Below are positions 46,701-56,233 of a stretch of 64,000 bases of DNA, one piece after another. Under the pieces are notes generated by a model. That model made no database searches and was not told where the DNA came from. It saw only the letters and a list, made by a program, of their open reading frames with translations. This DNA is from a virus. Lineage: Duplodnaviria; Caudoviricetes. Location of the stretch: IMG/VR virus record IMGVR_UViG_3300027740_000003, positions 160,001 to 224,000 of that record; one strand, 5' to 3'. The position numbers were made by a program, and so were the translations under genes. Within the stretch, counting starts at the first letter, position 1. Every line of letters starts with the position of its first letter.

Positions 46701-47388
46701 CCAAAATGCCAGCTGTAAGACCATATCCAATCGAAAGTTTACTAGAAAGATATCCGTCAGTTGTATCAATTGCCGACACTTTTACAAATGAATCAGATCC
46801 ACTAACCGTAATTGTTGCAAGATATCCATCACTAACTACTGATTGAACACTATCCCCAACAAAATTTAATGTAGTTATGTCTGTGGAAATAACAGAGCCC
46901 TCATCCATAACTGTAATATATCCATCTCCACCACTAACAGAAATTGTAGCAACATGTCCACCACTAGACACTGCTTGCACATTATCTCCAACAAATTTTA
47001 GTGTTGTTATGTCTGTTGCTACCGTTGTGTTTTCGTCAATAACTGTAGTGTATCCGCCGGAAACAGTTGCGCTTCCAGTACCAGAATCTACTGCCGACAA
47101 AGCACCGGCAAAATGAAGTGTGGTCACTTGATATATTATGGCCGATGTATTATCATCAACAACAGTAATATATCCGTCCCCTCCGCCGCCGTCCCCAAGC
47201 TCCATAGCATCAAGACGCTGCCTTACTGTAAGATAATCGCGGCTGGGATCTATCCCTAGTTCCGTTTCTATGGCAATAATAGCGTCTCGTAATTGATTTA
47301 CTACTTCGGCCTGAACTGGAGTAATTAAATCAATTGCTCTAGGCAGCTCAGTATTCGAATCTATACCGTATGGATATCGTGTGGTCAA
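43762..47388 (-). CDS. Large tail-fibre-like structural protein
   Basis: 1208 aa; P...QDAATRNYVD neck motifs x3; Gly/Ser beta repeats; TTG start. Confidence 0.8.
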   Translation of the reverse strand: MTTRYPYGIDSNTELPRAIDLITPVQAEVVNQLRDAIIAIETELGIDPSRDYLTVRQRLDAMELGDGGGGDGYITVVDDNTSAIIYQVTTLHFAGALSAVDSGTGSATVSGGYTTVIDENTTVATDITTLKFVGDNVQAVSSGGHVATISVSGGDGYITVMDEGSVISTDITTLNFVGDSVQSVVSDGYLATITVSGSDSFVKVSAIDTTDGYLSSKLSIGYGLTAGILDLGGGNLSLRVGAYQQVINHSLFAGANNDVSPPNWSSLQILRLDSPGIATITGFLAVLQNDDMLLKIVVNIGSYAITLMNENLGSSAPDRILTSDGSDLILEPNGLVLIIYDQTTGRWRTHIVGTGTGGGTLAEILNLGNTTDGYNIVITNSSLITSPAQGVITVATGDTSSGDGGGVSITTGAASSTATSSGSVYISTGSTATNSAPTGQISIFTGSGTSCSSNTGTIAIYTGPPDPANAGYSGDINIYTSPAGSNTGSILVYAGQSNAGNSGSLTLKTYGSNTSTGGDISIETGTGGVGSYSGDILIKTNPVANAGNITITASGGSSVSGNISVSAGNAGASNASAGNITITSGSKNGANSVGGDIVLQSGSGTSISAGNIFLKGSVSNISRSGCIFLQPGAGGPGLDGYVHIIKNFPGNLTDDGYTILFVSGDSEFDGDVSIDGKLTVSGLIDPTGLVLDLQSSVPGGNPASGHSTFWIRQSDGYAVLTDSSGNNIVLNGTGSATISNLFEILTEGNSAGSLRITNLSNPISQQDAATRNYVDGYIAGLDLLTHPVNDGYVAISDNGDLIYIGGATDGYVLTWDAAEGIWESRAPTGTSLTPTLSQVLTVGNSAGSFIITNLSNPISQQDAATRNYVDGYIASLDLLTHPVNDGYVAITNSGDLTYIGGITDGYVLTWDAVERIWESRAPTGTSGTQTLSQVLVAGNSAGSLNITNLADPIATQDAATRNYVDGYIANVLDNTTTYISFSIGGGFNNLDGWKTIGSTEINSVNYSSADGYFEAVLYSTSGVFDGYLQAEVRLMNITTGLQIGSTLTVDGYMPTFMSESITISSGSNIYEAQIRLSESDIINYAICTMSRINVRVNISAVETADTFITPTDLSTNVNDYNPTGFSTATALRLNALDDGYIISGFDAAAAIIRKEVINIGTKSIVLSHQDVSSSDNNRIISQIGGLYLNENDSVTILYDPFSFRWRVV
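44480..45150. repeat. 285-bp (95-aa) intragenic tandem repeat, about 2.4 copies
   Basis: acataatttcttgttgc at 44498, 44783 and 45068. Confidence 0.9.
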
Positions 47389-47438
47389 GATAAACCCCTA
47401 TAAAAATAATCAATCACTAAAATACCAAAATATGCAAT

Positions 47439-47471
47439 AAAAAAGCCCGGCCATTTCTGGCCGGGCTTTTT
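47439..47471. terminator. Bidirectional Rho-independent terminator
   Basis: AAAAAA-GCCCGGCCA-TTTC-TGGCCGGGC-TTTTT. Confidence 0.92.
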
Positions 47472-47489
47472 ATAACAGTATATAATCTA

Positions 47490-47780
47490 TTAACTATCTC
47501 TAAAGACTGTACGAAGTTTCGTCACAGTCAACTCCCTTAATGTAAGTCGATAACTTGTTTGACCGTTCTCTCTACGACAATGTACTCTAAATGCACCATA
47601 CTCTGGCTTGCGAAGGTCTCGAATACGTGAATCTGCTGAACTAACCCTAATGTTTCGCGTCCTAACCCATCCCTCTCCATCATCAGCATCTACCAATAGT
47701 TGGAACAGTACCTTTTGTACATTATTTGTAAATCTACGTGTATTTACTCTGCTTACATATCTCTTTAACGATTCTCTCAT
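47490..47780 (-). CDS. Small winged-helix DNA-binding protein
   Basis: SADSRIRDLRK..YG.F.V.CRR pattern; SD AGGAGA. Confidence 0.7.
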   Translation of the reverse strand: MRESLKRYVSRVNTRRFTNNVQKVLFQLLVDADDGEGWVRTRNIRVSSADSRIRDLRKPEYGAFRVHCRRENGQTSYRLTLRELTVTKLRTVFRDS

Positions 47781-47835
47781 GGTCTTTCTCCTTTGTGGAT
47801 ATCTTGTTATCCACTTATTATTAGCCGTTCTCGAA

Positions 47836-48039
47836 CTATTGTTTCTGCTTTATTATTTTTGGCAACTCTATCCCTAAGTCATTTACAAGTTGCGCAAACT
47901 GATTTATTGTTATCTCACAAGCATTTATTTCAAATTTTAAACCATCATTTCTATTTTTAGCCCCAAGAATTACTGCTACGTTTCCAGGAGAACCAATCTT
48001 TATTTCTATAAAACTTCTATCTTCAAAATCTATTTTCAT
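47836..48039 (-). CDS. Hypothetical protein
   Basis: 67-aa ORF, ATGA-coupled. Confidence 0.6.
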   Translation of the reverse strand: MKIDFEDRSFIEIKIGSPGNVAVILGAKNRNDGLKFEINACEITINQFAQLVNDLGIELPKIIKQKQ

Positions 48040-48800
48040 AAATTTTCTCCAGTAATTTCTGTTATAATATGGACAACATCATCCATTAATGTTATTGAAT
48101 TTTCAAAATGACATCCAATATCTGGGGTTAATACTCCCCAACCATCAGAAGCAGTTTTTGTGGTTGGATATCCAATAACAATCATAGGCTCAATAGCTAT
48201 AGATAATCCGTTTGTTATTCTTACACCTTCATTTATAGAAGATTTATTTGCTATAAACGGATTTTCGTGCAAATTTGGTCCTATGCCGTGTCCACCATAT
48301 TCTGTAATTAAACCGAATGAAGATTTGGAAACAATTTTATTTATAGCATTTCCTATAGATCCTATTCTGTTTCCTATTTTTACAGCCTCCTGGCCTGCAC
48401 GTAAAGCTTTTTTACATACATCAAGCATTTCTACATGCTGTTTATTTTTCGGCTCTCCACATATCCAAGTTCTAGCCGCATCAGCAATTGAACCTTTATA
48501 AGTGGCACCTACATCTATTGATACTACGTCCCCCGACTGTAGTATATAATCAGAAACAATTCCGTGAACTAAAACTTTATTTATAGAAACGCATATTGCG
48601 CTTGGAAAACCATCATAGTTCAAAAACGTTGGTATACAATTATATTCTTTAAAAGAAGAAAAAGCTATATTTTCTAATTCTTTTAAAGAGAGATTAGGAA
48701 CAATTGCTTCGCCACAACTTTTAAGAATATTAGATACACATTGGCCAGCGTGTTTTTGGTTTGCCAGCCAATCATTATTTTTTAATACAACAAAGTCCAT
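48036..48800 (-). CDS. map: Methionine aminopeptidase type I
   Basis: SIDVG, DAART, GHGIG..LHE.P, IEPM and HFENSI metal-site motifs. Confidence 0.93.
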   Translation of the reverse strand: MDFVVLKNNDWLANQKHAGQCVSNILKSCGEAIVPNLSLKELENIAFSSFKEYNCIPTFLNYDGFPSAICVSINKVLVHGIVSDYILQSGDVVSIDVGATYKGSIADAARTWICGEPKNKQHVEMLDVCKKALRAGQEAVKIGNRIGSIGNAINKIVSKSSFGLITEYGGHGIGPNLHENPFIANKSSINEGVRITNGLSIAIEPMIVIGYPTTKTASDGWGVLTPDIGCHFENSITLMDDVVHIITEITGENL

Positions 48801-49295
48801 TTAGGAACTCTTTTTTCTACCCTTCTTTTTCTGATTCTGAGTTTTCTCTGCTTTAGAGATAAGAGCAGCTACGGCAGCCATATCATCGTCAGCATCAAAA
48901 CTTGAAGATAAAGCCTCTACGGTAGGAACGTCTTCTGTAGTGGCAGCTGCCTCTTCTTCCTCATCTTCTTCTAAAGCTAATTGTGCCGGTGTTTTTTCTG
49001 GTTTTGTAGCAACTGGAACTCCTCCAATAAGTTTAGCCTTTTCTTCTTTTACTCTCTTGGAGATATCTACATAATCATCATTATTTAAGTTTACAGATGA
49101 TGCGGTTTGTCCAGGTATTTGTCCAGAAATTAGGACTCTAACAAAAAGCTGGTCTAAAGAGCCGGCTCTAGCAGATACTTGATGTAAAGTTTTTTGATCA
49201 ATTACACCTCTGCCCATATTAAGAATACTATTTATATGATCTCTAACAGCAGCTAAGTTTGCCAAATAATTAAGTAATTCTTTATCCATTTTCAA
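48801..49295 (-). CDS. Hypothetical acidic protein
   Basis: 164-aa ORF. Confidence 0.7.
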   Translation of the reverse strand: MKMDKELLNYLANLAAVRDHINSILNMGRGVIDQKTLHQVSARAGSLDQLFVRVLISGQIPGQTASSVNLNNDDYVDISKRVKEEKAKLIGGVPVATKPEKTPAQLALEEDEEEEAAATTEDVPTVEALSSSFDADDDMAAVAALISKAEKTQNQKKKGRKKSS

Positions 49296-49527
49296 CTACC
49301 TCATCTTTTATAGGATCGGCTCTAACAATAGTGCCGTCTTCTTTAATAACATCTGTTCCAAGCAACAGTCTGTACTTGTTATAAATGCTTATAACAACAT
49401 TAGTTGCTTCCAAATCTGCTACCCTGGCAATAGCAACAAACTTTTCAGCTTCCATCTTTGTTGCCGCTGCCCGAGCCCTGGTAGCACTTACTGCATTTAA
49501 TTCTTCTTGTGTAATTTTGTCAGTCAT
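49282..49527 (-). CDS. Hypothetical protein
   Basis: Likely start MTDKI at 49527 with SD AGAGG. Confidence 0.6.
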   Translation of the reverse strand: MTDKITQEELNAVSATRARAAATKMEAEKFVAIARVADLEATNVVISIYNKYRLLLGTDVIKEDGTIVRADPIKDEVVENG

Positions 49528-50017
49528 TTTTAACCTCTTCATCAAAGACAGAGCCGAAAAGAACCTCGACATCCATGTAATACTTTTCTTTTTTATTAAT
49601 TTTAGATCGGTCAATACATAATTTATAGTGTGGCTTGTTCCATTTTCCAATCAACTCATTTTCTACATATATCCCAGCCTCACCGTCTTTGTTATCTGAA
49701 ATGAATATTTTATTCGTTTCCAGCGTTTTTCTCATTTTAGCCCGCTGAATAGCAGAAAGTGATTCAGGGTCTCCATCGTCCGGTATACAATCCTCAAAAT
49801 CTACACCCATTTGAGACAATACGCTATATATCCACTGATACATTAATATACGAGCACGATCTTTAGCGTCTTGTCTAGATGCTAAGAAAGACATTGATAT
49901 CATTGTAAAATCAGCCACACCCTTTGCTCCATCCACAAGTACAAGACACGCATCCGTCAAAATATATAAGCTCTTGTTTTCCACAAGTTGGGCACTTGCC
50001 TCCAGCCTTTTCCCCAT
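49520..50017 (-). CDS. Hypothetical protein
   Basis: Real start probably near 49904, after the RNR stop. Confidence 0.6.
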   Translation of the reverse strand: MGKRLEASAQLVENKSLYILTDACLVLVDGAKGVADFTMISMSFLASRQDAKDRARILMYQWIYSVLSQMGVDFEDCIPDDGDPESLSAIQRAKMRKTLETNKIFISDNKDGEAGIYVENELIGKWNKPHYKLCIDRSKINKKEKYYMDVEVLFGSVFDEEVKND

Positions 50018-52460
50018 TCACAATGTATTTTTTAAGCACCCTGGACGTTGCAGAGGCAATATCAACCACGTCTTCAGCAGCTTTACTTAACTGATCTACA
50101 AGGAATTTAATAGGAATACCATGTCTCAGTGATGTTGACACCATTCTGAATAATATCTGTTCTTCACCTGTAAATAATGATCCGAAATTTTCTATTACAC
50201 CATTGGTTCCCAATTCAAGTTTATAATGACCATTCTTAACTTTGATCATCTTGCCTTTTTGAGGAATCTTTATAGAAATAGTATCTGGAATAACCCCTCC
50301 AAACATTTCATACGGGGAGCCTTCTTGAAGACCTACTGCCATCAAGTATTTCTTTCCCCTTACCTTTACCTGATACAAATCTGCGTCTAATTCCTTTTTT
50401 CTCTTTGGAGCACTAGTGCTTGTTTTATTTTCAACGATAAGGTTTAATTCTTTTAATTCGTCTTCAGAGAAATTATTAGTATAAATCTCTACTCCGGCGG
50501 ATTTAAGATTAAACGCTAATGTTTTAAAAGGAATATCAGAAACTATTCCGTACATTTTTTTATCTGGGAAAGCGGCAATGCTTTTAACTCCTTTTTTATT
50601 AGCTTCCAAAATTAGATCATATGTATCATGCCACGAGGCGTCTTCTGGCAAAGCATACGTGACGGATATCGACGAATCAACATTTTTCATCAATTTAGAC
50701 ATTAGATCAAGCTTATCTAACGCTTCGATTTGTGTGGCTTTTTTGAATTTAACACCAACCTCTTCTGCGGCCACATCGATAAAAGCGGCAACAGGCAAAC
50801 CTGTTGCTCCGTCCCATGTGTCTTTTACACAATCAGAATCTATAGGAATATCATAGCCTTTCTCTTTGAAGAAAGACCTGACGGCGCCAGGAATACAGAA
50901 GTAGTATTCGTATTTACCAGAAACTCTGGTTCGTTTCCAAAAATACATTCCAAAAGCAGGCTCAACGCCATATGACATAATAAAATCTCTGAACATCAAA
51001 GACAAAGAACCCGTTGGTGCTGTACTTGAACATGTACAATTTCTCATTGCCTCAAATACAAGCCCTTGTTCCATCATATTTTTTATGAAAGGAGATTGCT
51101 CATATTTTTCTCTAACAAATAATCCAAATGATCCCTTTTCTTTTCCTAATAAAATTGATGATTCATACAAAAAATAATTATATGTTTTGTTAAAATCAAA
51201 CATAGCATTATTAGCTTGTTCTGAACCATATTCTAAATTCTGTTTAAACAACCATGCGGCAACATTGGTAATGCCCGCCCCTGTTCTTCTTAACTTCTCT
51301 ATTGCAATTTTTTGATGAGGAGTAGCATAAGTATTACCAACAATTTCCATTGTATTTACATTATCAAGAAATCTGTTAATAGAATAGGATATTGTATTTA
51401 ATTCTTTTGTATATGTCTCATTGTCTGTAGAAAACTTTCCCACATTAATACTAGCCAATACACAAAGGCTTTCTCTAGACAGATATTGTTCAGAACAAGC
51501 GTTGGTTCCAATAATAGGCGCCCCCACGTAATCACTGTTCGACCAATATCTAGCAAGATCAATTTGTTGAATTCCTGGCTCGCCATTTGATGTTGCGTTC
51601 TTTGCAATAAGTTCCAATAAATATCTTGCCTTAACCGTTTTTACAATATTTTCTTCTGGCCGTGTCTTTTTAGCTATTTTATAATAGCCTATTTTATCTT
51701 TCTGACAATCCATATCAACAGAATGTACATCTACATAAACTTTTCCTCCAGCTTTAACGCCAGGAATTGTAAAAGAAAGTTTCCAATCGCCATCTTCTTC
51801 TACTGCTTCATAGAAAGCGTTATTTGTTTGGACAGATATATTAGCGTTCTGTATTTTTGTATAATCACTCTTTACTTTAATAAATTCTTCAATATCCGGA
51901 TGATCAACAGATAATGAAAATAACATAGCTGGTATTCTACCTTTTTGCCCAATATAATTTCCAAGCGAATCCATCAACTTCATCCAATGAACAACTCCTT
52001 GGCTTTCATTAGATGAATTTTTTACTTGTAATCCGCGGGGTCTTAGTTTAGAAAAATCTATTCCTAGCCCTTGTCTATAAGCAGCGGTTTTAGCTACTGT
52101 GTAAGCTGTGTTCTTTATTATGGATTCTAGATTGTCCCAATCAGTATCTTCTTGACATCCTAATGACAAACAAGTACAATTAGCCATTGACACATTTCTG
52201 CCACAATCAGCACCTTGCATTATTGATCCGGCAGGGTGCCACCAATCATTATAAACTTCGTCAAACCATCTTTCCGACCAATATTTTTTTAGTTCTTCTG
52301 TTTCTTCACAGGAAGCTATATAATCACAAACTCTTTTTAAAGCTCTGGAATAATTTTCTCCATCCTGTGAATATTTTTTATTGAAAATATCTATACTAAA
52401 CTGGTTGTTGTTAAAATATTCTTCTACACTGACGTCTTTAACATCTTCAAACTTTATCAT
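49911..52460 (-). CDS. nrdJ: Class II (adenosylcobalamin-dependent) ribonucleotide reductase
   Basis: PAGSI, ANC, TNACSEQ, APTGSLS and SSISVT motifs; C-terminal zinc ribbon; no beta subunit nearby. Confidence 0.88.
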   Translation of the reverse strand: MIKFEDVKDVSVEEYFNNNQFSIDIFNKKYSQDGENYSRALKRVCDYIASCEETEELKKYWSERWFDEVYNDWWHPAGSIMQGADCGRNVSMANCTCLSLGCQEDTDWDNLESIIKNTAYTVAKTAAYRQGLGIDFSKLRPRGLQVKNSSNESQGVVHWMKLMDSLGNYIGQKGRIPAMLFSLSVDHPDIEEFIKVKSDYTKIQNANISVQTNNAFYEAVEEDGDWKLSFTIPGVKAGGKVYVDVHSVDMDCQKDKIGYYKIAKKTRPEENIVKTVKARYLLELIAKNATSNGEPGIQQIDLARYWSNSDYVGAPIIGTNACSEQYLSRESLCVLASINVGKFSTDNETYTKELNTISYSINRFLDNVNTMEIVGNTYATPHQKIAIEKLRRTGAGITNVAAWLFKQNLEYGSEQANNAMFDFNKTYNYFLYESSILLGKEKGSFGLFVREKYEQSPFIKNMMEQGLVFEAMRNCTCSSTAPTGSLSLMFRDFIMSYGVEPAFGMYFWKRTRVSGKYEYYFCIPGAVRSFFKEKGYDIPIDSDCVKDTWDGATGLPVAAFIDVAAEEVGVKFKKATQIEALDKLDLMSKLMKNVDSSISVTYALPEDASWHDTYDLILEANKKGVKSIAAFPDKKMYGIVSDIPFKTLAFNLKSAGVEIYTNNFSEDELKELNLIVENKTSTSAPKRKKELDADLYQVKVRGKKYLMAVGLQEGSPYEMFGGVIPDTISIKIPQKGKMIKVKNGHYKLELGTNGVIENFGSLFTGEEQILFRMVSTSLRHGIPIKFLVDQLSKAAEDVVDIASATSRVLKKYIVNGEKAGGKCPTCGKQELIYFDGCVSCTCGWSKGCG

Positions 52461-52508
52461 ACAAAACCCTTACTAGATGGCAAAGAAGATTACAGATTAT
52501 TAGTTGGT

Positions 52509-53123
52509 TCAACCAAAGTATCTTTGAAGCTTATTTTTTAGTGATTTTTCAGCTTCTACAAGAAGCTTTAGACAAGCAGGTCTTGATATATTTAATTCTT
52601 TGCTTATCTCGCTTATGGCAGTATTGTGATTGCTAAAACCATAATGCATCATTATAACCTGTCTGTGCTTTTCAGAAAGTTCTCCCATCGCCTGTTTTAT
52701 GACTTCCTTGTCCTGTTCTGACTCGACATGTTCAGAGGGGCTACTTAAATCAATCATCAGTGGCAATGAATTTGCTTTATACGGAGGAAGCTCTTTGGCC
52801 TTTTTTATTGGTATTCTTATTGTAGAATGTGCATTGGCCGCTCTAGAAATTCTAGTCTCAATATATTTTGTTGCCCACCAAACGAAACATCCCTTGTCAG
52901 GATTATATGTTTCGAAGGCTAGCATTAAAGCTTCAAATCCGTCCTGCTGCAAATCTATGTAATTAGAAAACTTCCTGTACTTACCAATTTTGCTGTTTAC
53001 CAAAAAACTTAACTTCTTTATACAATATTTTTGATATTCTAAATATTCTTTTTTATTTTCGCCATCTCTTAAATCTAAATATTTTTTTGCTATACTATTA
53101 ATCTCTTCTAAAGTTAAACTCAT
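52509..53123 (-). CDS. Sigma-70-family RNA polymerase sigma factor
   Basis: DLQQDGFEALM.AFE.YNP.KG.F..WA region 2; L.E..R.VI..HYG region 4. Confidence 0.88.
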   Translation of the reverse strand: MSLTLEEINSIAKKYLDLRDGENKKEYLEYQKYCIKKLSFLVNSKIGKYRKFSNYIDLQQDGFEALMLAFETYNPDKGCFVWWATKYIETRISRAANAHSTIRIPIKKAKELPPYKANSLPLMIDLSSPSEHVESEQDKEVIKQAMGELSEKHRQVIMMHYGFSNHNTAISEISKELNISRPACLKLLVEAEKSLKNKLQRYFG

Positions 53124-53135
53124 ATTGCTCCATAA

Positions 53136-53450
53136 TTATACTATTTGTTTTAGTTCTTCACCAATTTTATTACAGTTATCCTGGGTCGTATTATAACTAT
53201 CTTCCCCAGTGATATTTGCCCTGAAATTTTCATCAGTAGCAATTTGTTTACGAATCTTCTTTCTCTCTTCTTTAATGTAATTTTTAAGATCTCTGCCTGT
53301 TAGAGATACTCTAATAGCAGGAACCCCAAGTATTACTCTCCTTGCTTTGCCCCCGCATTCCGGGCAAATTGTCGGAGGATCTTGCTTAATAGAATAGGTA
53401 TCCTGCCAAGCGTATTTACATTCATAACACTCATGATCATATTCGGGCAT
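53136..53450 (-). CDS. FmdB-family zinc-ribbon protein (second paralogue)
   Basis: MPEYDHECYEC...CPECGG..RRVI; start 53450. Confidence 0.8.
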   Translation of the reverse strand: MPEYDHECYECKYAWQDTYSIKQDPPTICPECGGKARRVILGVPAIRVSLTGRDLKNYIKEERKKIRKQIATDENFRANITGEDSYNTTQDNCNKIGEELKQIV

Positions 53451-53626
53451 TATTTTTCCTTCAGATGTTTTCCAATAAGATGTAATGGAACATCTCTCAT
53501 CCAATTATCCTTAATCTTCTTTTTAAATTGCTCGTCAACTACTTCGAATACAATAAATAATTCATCAGTAGTTTCATTTAGTTCTATTCTAACAGCTTTA
53601 GCCACGGTTTTTTCTAAATCCTTCAC
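53450..53626 (-). CDS. Small hypothetical protein (58 aa, GTG start, not in track)
   Basis: VKDLEKTVAKAVRIELNETTDELFIVFEVVDEQFKKKIKDNW...; TAATG-coupled to the next gene. Confidence 0.55.
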   Translation of the reverse strand: MKDLEKTVAKAVRIELNETTDELFIVFEVVDEQFKKKIKDNWMRDVPLHLIGKHLKEK

Positions 53627-53627
53627 T

Positions 53628-55070
53628 CTAATCGCCCCCTAAAATATCTGATATCTCACCTGAGAGATCTTCATTTGAGGCCCACGAAGTTGCAGCATCG
53701 ACATCATACGGCTTATCTATTATTGAACACTTGTTTAAATTCTTATAAATACTATGACTCTTGTTGGACTGACCATATCTGTTCTTGATTATATGATAGA
53801 TAAAATCATCATGTGTATCCTCATCCTCTCTTGTTTCAATTTGCATAATTAAAGTGGCATGAGTTGCAATTAAAGCTGACCGACCTATCCTATGTAAACC
53901 TATCGATTTTAAACTGGACTTCCTAAAAGTTGGATCGATTCGGTTAAGCTGTACCGCTGTCACTACAGGAATCGCATGTACTCTAGCAAATTCATGTATC
54001 TTGCCCGCCAGCTGGCCTATTGCCAACCAATCATCATTATCATTATCTATATCTTCCATTAATCCCAAATAATCAATAAATACAACATCTGGAATATATT
54101 CTGATTTAATCTCCTCAAACATAATTTCAAGATTCTCAACAGAAAAACCACGAGGAACATCTATAATATCAAACTGATAAGGATATTTCTTCATGAATTT
54201 ACATGCTTGGCTCAAACCTTTCGCTTCGGATTGTCCCAGCTTAGCATCACGAATTCCATATTCTTGAACATCGGCCATCCTAGCCAATGTCCTTCGGAAG
54301 CAATCATCATATGGCATCTCTAATGAAAAATATGATACATTACATCCAGGCCCAAAATTATCAACCATATCAATGCGATTCTGCTGCATATACATCTGAA
54401 TCGCCATATTATTCATCCAAATACTTTTTCCCGCACCTGATTCTCCAGCAATTATAACCAAATCTGCCGGCCTTAATCCGTTTTTAAGATAATCTAACAT
54501 GGAATACCCAGTAAGTATGCCTCTTCCAACATCTGGGTTTTTAACTTTTTCTTTGTAGTTCTTTACAAAAGTATTTACATAATCTTTAACAGGTTTCCTA
54601 TCATAGGTCTTTTGTTTGTTTGCTGTTTTTATTGCGCCTATTTCTCTCTCAATATCTCTAACAGTGCTGGTTATATCAACCAGATTTCCGTCCATTCTAG
54701 TTTTAATTTTATTTAAACACCTTTCACTATAAGCCTGTTTTAATTTTGCTAAATCATATGCATATTCGGACTCTTCATATGAGGCGTTTTTAATCTCATC
54801 ATAAAAAGCATTTATATAAGTGCACAAATCTTTATTATCAGAACGGCTCTCTATTAAAACCCTTCTAGATGGTTTGTTTTTAAATGTTTTTATATAATCA
54901 AGAAAAGTTTTAGCAATAATTCTTCCTTCTGATGTAAGGAAGATCTTTTCATCAACCGAGAATGCAAAATCAAGAGCGATGCTTTTATACTTGGTTATAG
55001 CATTTAATATAGACAGTTCTAAATCATGCATTTCCATTCTTTTTCTCCTCAATCCTGTAATCGGAGCCAA
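53628..55070 (-). CDS. dnaB: Replicative DnaB-like helicase
   Basis: GESGAGKS, FSLEM, FIDYLGLM, QLNR and KNRYG motifs. Confidence 0.92.
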   Translation of the reverse strand: MAPITGLRRKRMEMHDLELSILNAITKYKSIALDFAFSVDEKIFLTSEGRIIAKTFLDYIKTFKNKPSRRVLIESRSDNKDLCTYINAFYDEIKNASYEESEYAYDLAKLKQAYSERCLNKIKTRMDGNLVDITSTVRDIEREIGAIKTANKQKTYDRKPVKDYVNTFVKNYKEKVKNPDVGRGILTGYSMLDYLKNGLRPADLVIIAGESGAGKSIWMNNMAIQMYMQQNRIDMVDNFGPGCNVSYFSLEMPYDDCFRRTLARMADVQEYGIRDAKLGQSEAKGLSQACKFMKKYPYQFDIIDVPRGFSVENLEIMFEEIKSEYIPDVVFIDYLGLMEDIDNDNDDWLAIGQLAGKIHEFARVHAIPVVTAVQLNRIDPTFRKSSLKSIGLHRIGRSALIATHATLIMQIETREDEDTHDDFIYHIIKNRYGQSNKSHSIYKNLNKCSIIDKPYDVDAATSWASNEDLSGEISDILGGD

Positions 55071-55707
55071 ACAACGGAATTACATCTACGTAGTTTTTCA
55101 AGCTATTTACGCTTTCTTGGATTGCCCCATTGAACGATTCAAAAGGCTTAGACGAATTAGAACATAATATCAAAGGCAATTTGTTCTGGCTTCTATTCCT
55201 AAGAATATCCTCCAAAGTTCTTCCGTAGAAATCAGAAGCATTCTCGGTAGCTATATATCTAGGATCAAACTCATCTACTACAAGGAAATCTACAGTCAAT
55301 ATCTCTTTCCTTGCCTCGTGAGCTTCTTTGCTTTTTATTGCTGACATTATGTCGTTCAAATTAACATATAGACCAGAATAACCTTTTTCTAATGCTCTCT
55401 TCAAGATGTTGGTGACTAAAAACGTCTTACCTCTACCATAAGCTCCTACGAAACAAACAGATTTTCCGCTTTTATAAGCATAAACAACATCTTTGAACAT
55501 TTTATATTGTTCTATAACAGACTCATCCCCAGTAAAATGTTTGTCCATTTCTAAAGACCAATATTTTACAGGGATGTTTGCTTCGAAATATCTGTGATAT
55601 ACTTTTTTAAAGATATTTCTTTTTGTTGGGTCTTCTATTTTTTCAATATCTTCTAGAGCAATATCTAATTTATTTCTTGGAACTGTTCTTAAAGCTTGGC
55701 AAGGCAT
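55024..55707 (-). CDS. DnaC/IstB-like helicase loader ATPase
   Basis: GAYGRGKT, FLVVDE and RSQNKLP.I..SN motifs. Confidence 0.85.
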   Translation of the reverse strand: MPCQALRTVPRNKLDIALEDIEKIEDPTKRNIFKKVYHRYFEANIPVKYWSLEMDKHFTGDESVIEQYKMFKDVVYAYKSGKSVCFVGAYGRGKTFLVTNILKRALEKGYSGLYVNLNDIMSAIKSKEAHEARKEILTVDFLVVDEFDPRYIATENASDFYGRTLEDILRNRSQNKLPLILCSNSSKPFESFNGAIQESVNSLKNYVDVIPLFGSDYRIEEKKNGNA

Positions 55708-56233
55708 AATTGTCCTTTAGTTTAATCAGGTCTTTTCTGTTCATATGTTCTTGAACTGCCTGACGTGTTGATTGGCTCAATTTCTGATATTGTTCGGCTT
55801 GTTGTCTAGCCCTCTCGACAGGATCTAGAGATAACTTCATATCATCACTAGGAGCTTCATCAACAAAAGCTTTTCCTTGTTTAACAATTCTTCTCGTTAT
55901 TGATACGGGCTGAGCTACCTTTTCTATTTCTCCATCATCATTTACGCTTTGTTTGATTATATTATATCCAACAACGTTTCCTTTTTGAGCTTCAACTAAT
56001 CTGTATTGCCCTTTGTCTTCTTTATTTTCTATTAAATATCCATTAGGTTCACTTTTAAGAACATAAAAAACAGATATATCATTCATGTTAATTGTAAAGG
56101 TTTTAGTTTCATCTTTTACAACAGCCCAAAGCATTTCCCACTGAGGAACTCCCCATTCGACAACCTCACCTTCTATTTCTGTTTTGTCTTTCGTAATAAT
56201 ATTAACTACTTCTCCTGCTTTTGGAATAATCAT
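55670..56233 (-). CDS. Hypothetical protein
   Basis: 187-aa ORF in the replication operon. Confidence 0.7.
   Translation of the reverse strand: MIIPKAGEVVNIITKDKTEIEGEVVEWGVPQWEMLWAVVKDETKTFTINMNDISVFYVLKSEPNGYLIENKEDKGQYRLVEAQKGNVVGYNIIKQSVNDDGEIEKVAQPVSITRRIVKQGKAFVDEAPSDDMKLSLDPVERARQQAEQYQKLSQSTRQAVQEHMNRKDLIKLKDNYALPSFKNSSKK

Noticed and set aside
49911-55070. Inteins in RNR or DnaB
   Set aside because: Lengths are normal and no C/S...HN splice motifs or embedded endonuclease were seen.
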